A DNA stretch of 64,000 nucleotides from Candidatus Aquidulcis sp. (GTDB lineage Bacteria; Chloroflexota; Anaerolineae; UBA4142). Shown piece by piece: positions 62,784 through 64,000 of this stretch. How positions within the stretch are numbered: position 1 is the stretch's first letter; every line of letters starts with the position of its first letter. Under the pieces are notes generated by a model. It was not told the DNA's origin. It saw only the letters and a list, made by a program, of their open reading frames with translations, and did not search any database. The stretch lies in contig DYJA01000014.1 of the NCBI GenBank assembly GCA_020723345.1, forward strand, positions 9,293 to 73,292. Reading direction: 5' to 3'. Position numbers and translations under genes: made by a program.

Positions 62784-63713
62784 TCAACTTGATTTTGGCG
62801 TGGTCTCGACATTCTTCGCAAGCGAGGTCAATCCAGCCAACCCGCCCAGGTTCATCGTATCCACTGCGCTGCTCGGCACAATCACAAGCGCGCCTTTTTC
62901 CTTTAGCCCTTCAAAAAGCATGTTCATCGCGCGCAAATGCAGCGCCGTCGGATTGTTGGCGTACTGCTGCGCCGCTTCGGCAAAACTCGCGGCGATCTGT
63001 TTTTCCGATTCACCGAGGATCACGCGCGCCTGACGTTCGCGTTCGGCTTGCGCCTGGCGACTCATCGCGTCTTCGAGCATTTGCGGAATCACGATGTCGC
63101 GAATCTCGACCGATTGCACCGTCACGCCCCACGGCGTCGTGCGCTGATCGATGATCTTTTGCAGTTCCGCGTCGATCTTTTCGCGCCCGATCAAAATATC
63201 GGCGAGCATCATCTTGCCGATGATATCGCGCAGCGCGGTCTGCGCCGCCCACGCGATCGCGTCCGTGTAGCTGGCGACTTCGAGCGCGGCTTTTTGCGCG
63301 TCCCACACGACCCAGAACAACACCGCGTCCACGTCGACCGGCACCGTATCGCGCGTCAAGGTGCGTTCGGCTTTGAACGGCGTCACCATCACGCGTTGAT
63401 CGATCCAGGATGGAATCGTTTCCGCCACCGGCACGATCCAGAACAAGCCGGGTCCCGCCAGCCGACTGAACTTGCCAAAGCGCAAGACGATTGCCTTTTC
63501 CCACTGATTCGCAATCTTGAGCGCGAACAGAATGGAGCAACCCGGCAGAAACGAAACGATGAACCACGCCGGCACGCGATCGCTTGCGAACTGATCGGTC
63601 ACTGCGCTCAATAAAATTCCCAGCAACACCACCACCACAAACAACGTACCGGCAACCGGATTTGTCTGTTTCGATTCCTCCAACGATTTGCTCTTGAACA
63701 ATTTGTCTCTCAT
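62784..63713 (-). CDS. SPFH/band 7 (stomatin/slipin-like) protein
   Basis: Trimmed to MRDKLFKSK... (ATG 63713, GGAGG upstream). TM helix then the SPFH core (QWEKAIVLRFGKF...TRDTVPVDVDAVLFW). Confidence 0.9.
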   Translation of the reverse strand: MRDKLFKSKSLEESKQTNPVAGTLFVVVVLLGILLSAVTDQFASDRVPAWFIVSFLPGCSILFALKIANQWEKAIVLRFGKFSRLAGPGLFWIVPVAETIPSWIDQRVMVTPFKAERTLTRDTVPVDVDAVLFWVVWDAQKAALEVASYTDAIAWAAQTALRDIIGKMMLADILIGREKIDAELQKIIDQRTTPWGVTVQSVEIRDIVIPQMLEDAMSRQAQAERERQARVILGESEKQIAASFAEAAQQYANNPTALHLRAMNMLFEGLKEKGALVIVPSSAVDTMNLGGLAGLTSLAKNVETTPKSS

Positions 63714-63724
63714 CGAAATTCCTC

Positions 63725-64000
63725 CTACGATTTTTTCTGTCGCGCCCAACGCGTCAACTGCGCGTCGAACGCGTCGCGCACTTCGTCAACCGTATAGCCC
63801 ATACTCAACGCTTTGCCAATGACGCTATCCGTCAGCGCCTTCAATTGCTCTTGCCGCACGCGCGTCAGGTGCGCGCCGTCAGGTCGCTCGCGCACGTACG
63901 TGCCGCGCCCTTGCTGCGTCGTGATCACGCTGTCGGCGTCCAGTTGATCGTACGCCCGCGCGATGGTGTTGGGATTGACGCGCAGCAGCGTCGCTAATTC
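63725..64000 (-). CDS. GntR-family transcriptional regulator (C-terminal part; start beyond right edge)
   Basis: The minus-strand frame is open to the window edge: ...LATLLRVNPNTIARAYDQLDADSVITTQQGRGTYV is a GntR wHTH. Confidence 0.85.
   Translation of the reverse strand, partial: ELATLLRVNPNTIARAYDQLDADSVITTQQGRGTYVRERPDGAHLTRVRQEQLKALTDSVIGKALSMGYTVDEVRDAFDAQLTRWARQKKS

Noticed and set aside
1-64000. Search for tRNA, rRNA, transposase, integrase, phage or CRISPR-Cas genes
   Set aside because: None recognised by eye in any intergenic gap or ORF translation. A tRNAscan/Infernal run would be needed to exclude small RNAs formally.

Overview
High-GC bacterial chromosomal window (gene content and repeat style suggest a Chloroflexota-like genome; this is an inference only). 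It is densely coding, with about 68 protein genes, roughly three quarters on the minus strand. I saw no rRNA, tRNA, CRISPR array, transposase or integrase. Many long ORFs in the track are Arg/Ala-rich antisense shadows of real genes and were discarded. Several real genes were trimmed to internal starts that have a Shine-Dalgarno sequence. Core content: an ArsR-DsrE-TusA-membrane cytochrome-like-HdrD/DsrK-like sulfur-relay operon (left edge); glycerophosphodiester phosphodiesterase; MacB-type ABC exporter; a divergent PFK-family gene; an MsmX/MalK-like ATPase; an S8 protease with a separate I9-propeptide gene; a Pro/Thr-rich lipoprotein next to a GT39 glycosyltransferase; thiolase; YjbQ; glnA; two M16 peptidases; mdh; DUF1385; citrate synthase; lon; a GT2; methyltransferases; MFS transporters; mevalonate kinase; two CNNM/CorC genes coupled to a PPDK_N-like gene; HlyD; an ECF sigma with anti-sigma; ABC-2 transporter; surE; a cluster of two epimerases, an Fe-S protein, DUF3795 and an SDR; CPBP protease; MBL hydrolase; and a GntR-SPFH-DUF4177-SdpI-like cluster (right edge). 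Accessory content: four or five toxin-antitoxin-like pairs (HicAB, DUF433/DUF5615 plus an orphan DUF433, RelE/ParE with a long antitoxin, HEPN with a degenerate NTase-like partner). The signal no gene list explains is heavy colonisation by short palindromic elements. (a) About 16 long hairpins have arms made of tandem 7-nt (sometimes 8-10-nt) repeats, with a different heptamer at different loci. (b) Two families of 28-31-nt palindromes start GTAGG and end CCTAC, like REP elements. (c) There is a GTCATTTCGAG...GAGAAATC family. (d) One 45-nt palindrome is flanked by a 10-bp direct repeat. Several of these lie in frame inside or at the ends of coding sequences. A 183-bp tandem duplication across a convergent gene junction differs between copies only at synonymous or stem-compensatory sites. 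That pattern looks more like two strain alleles joined in assembly than a decaying duplicate.
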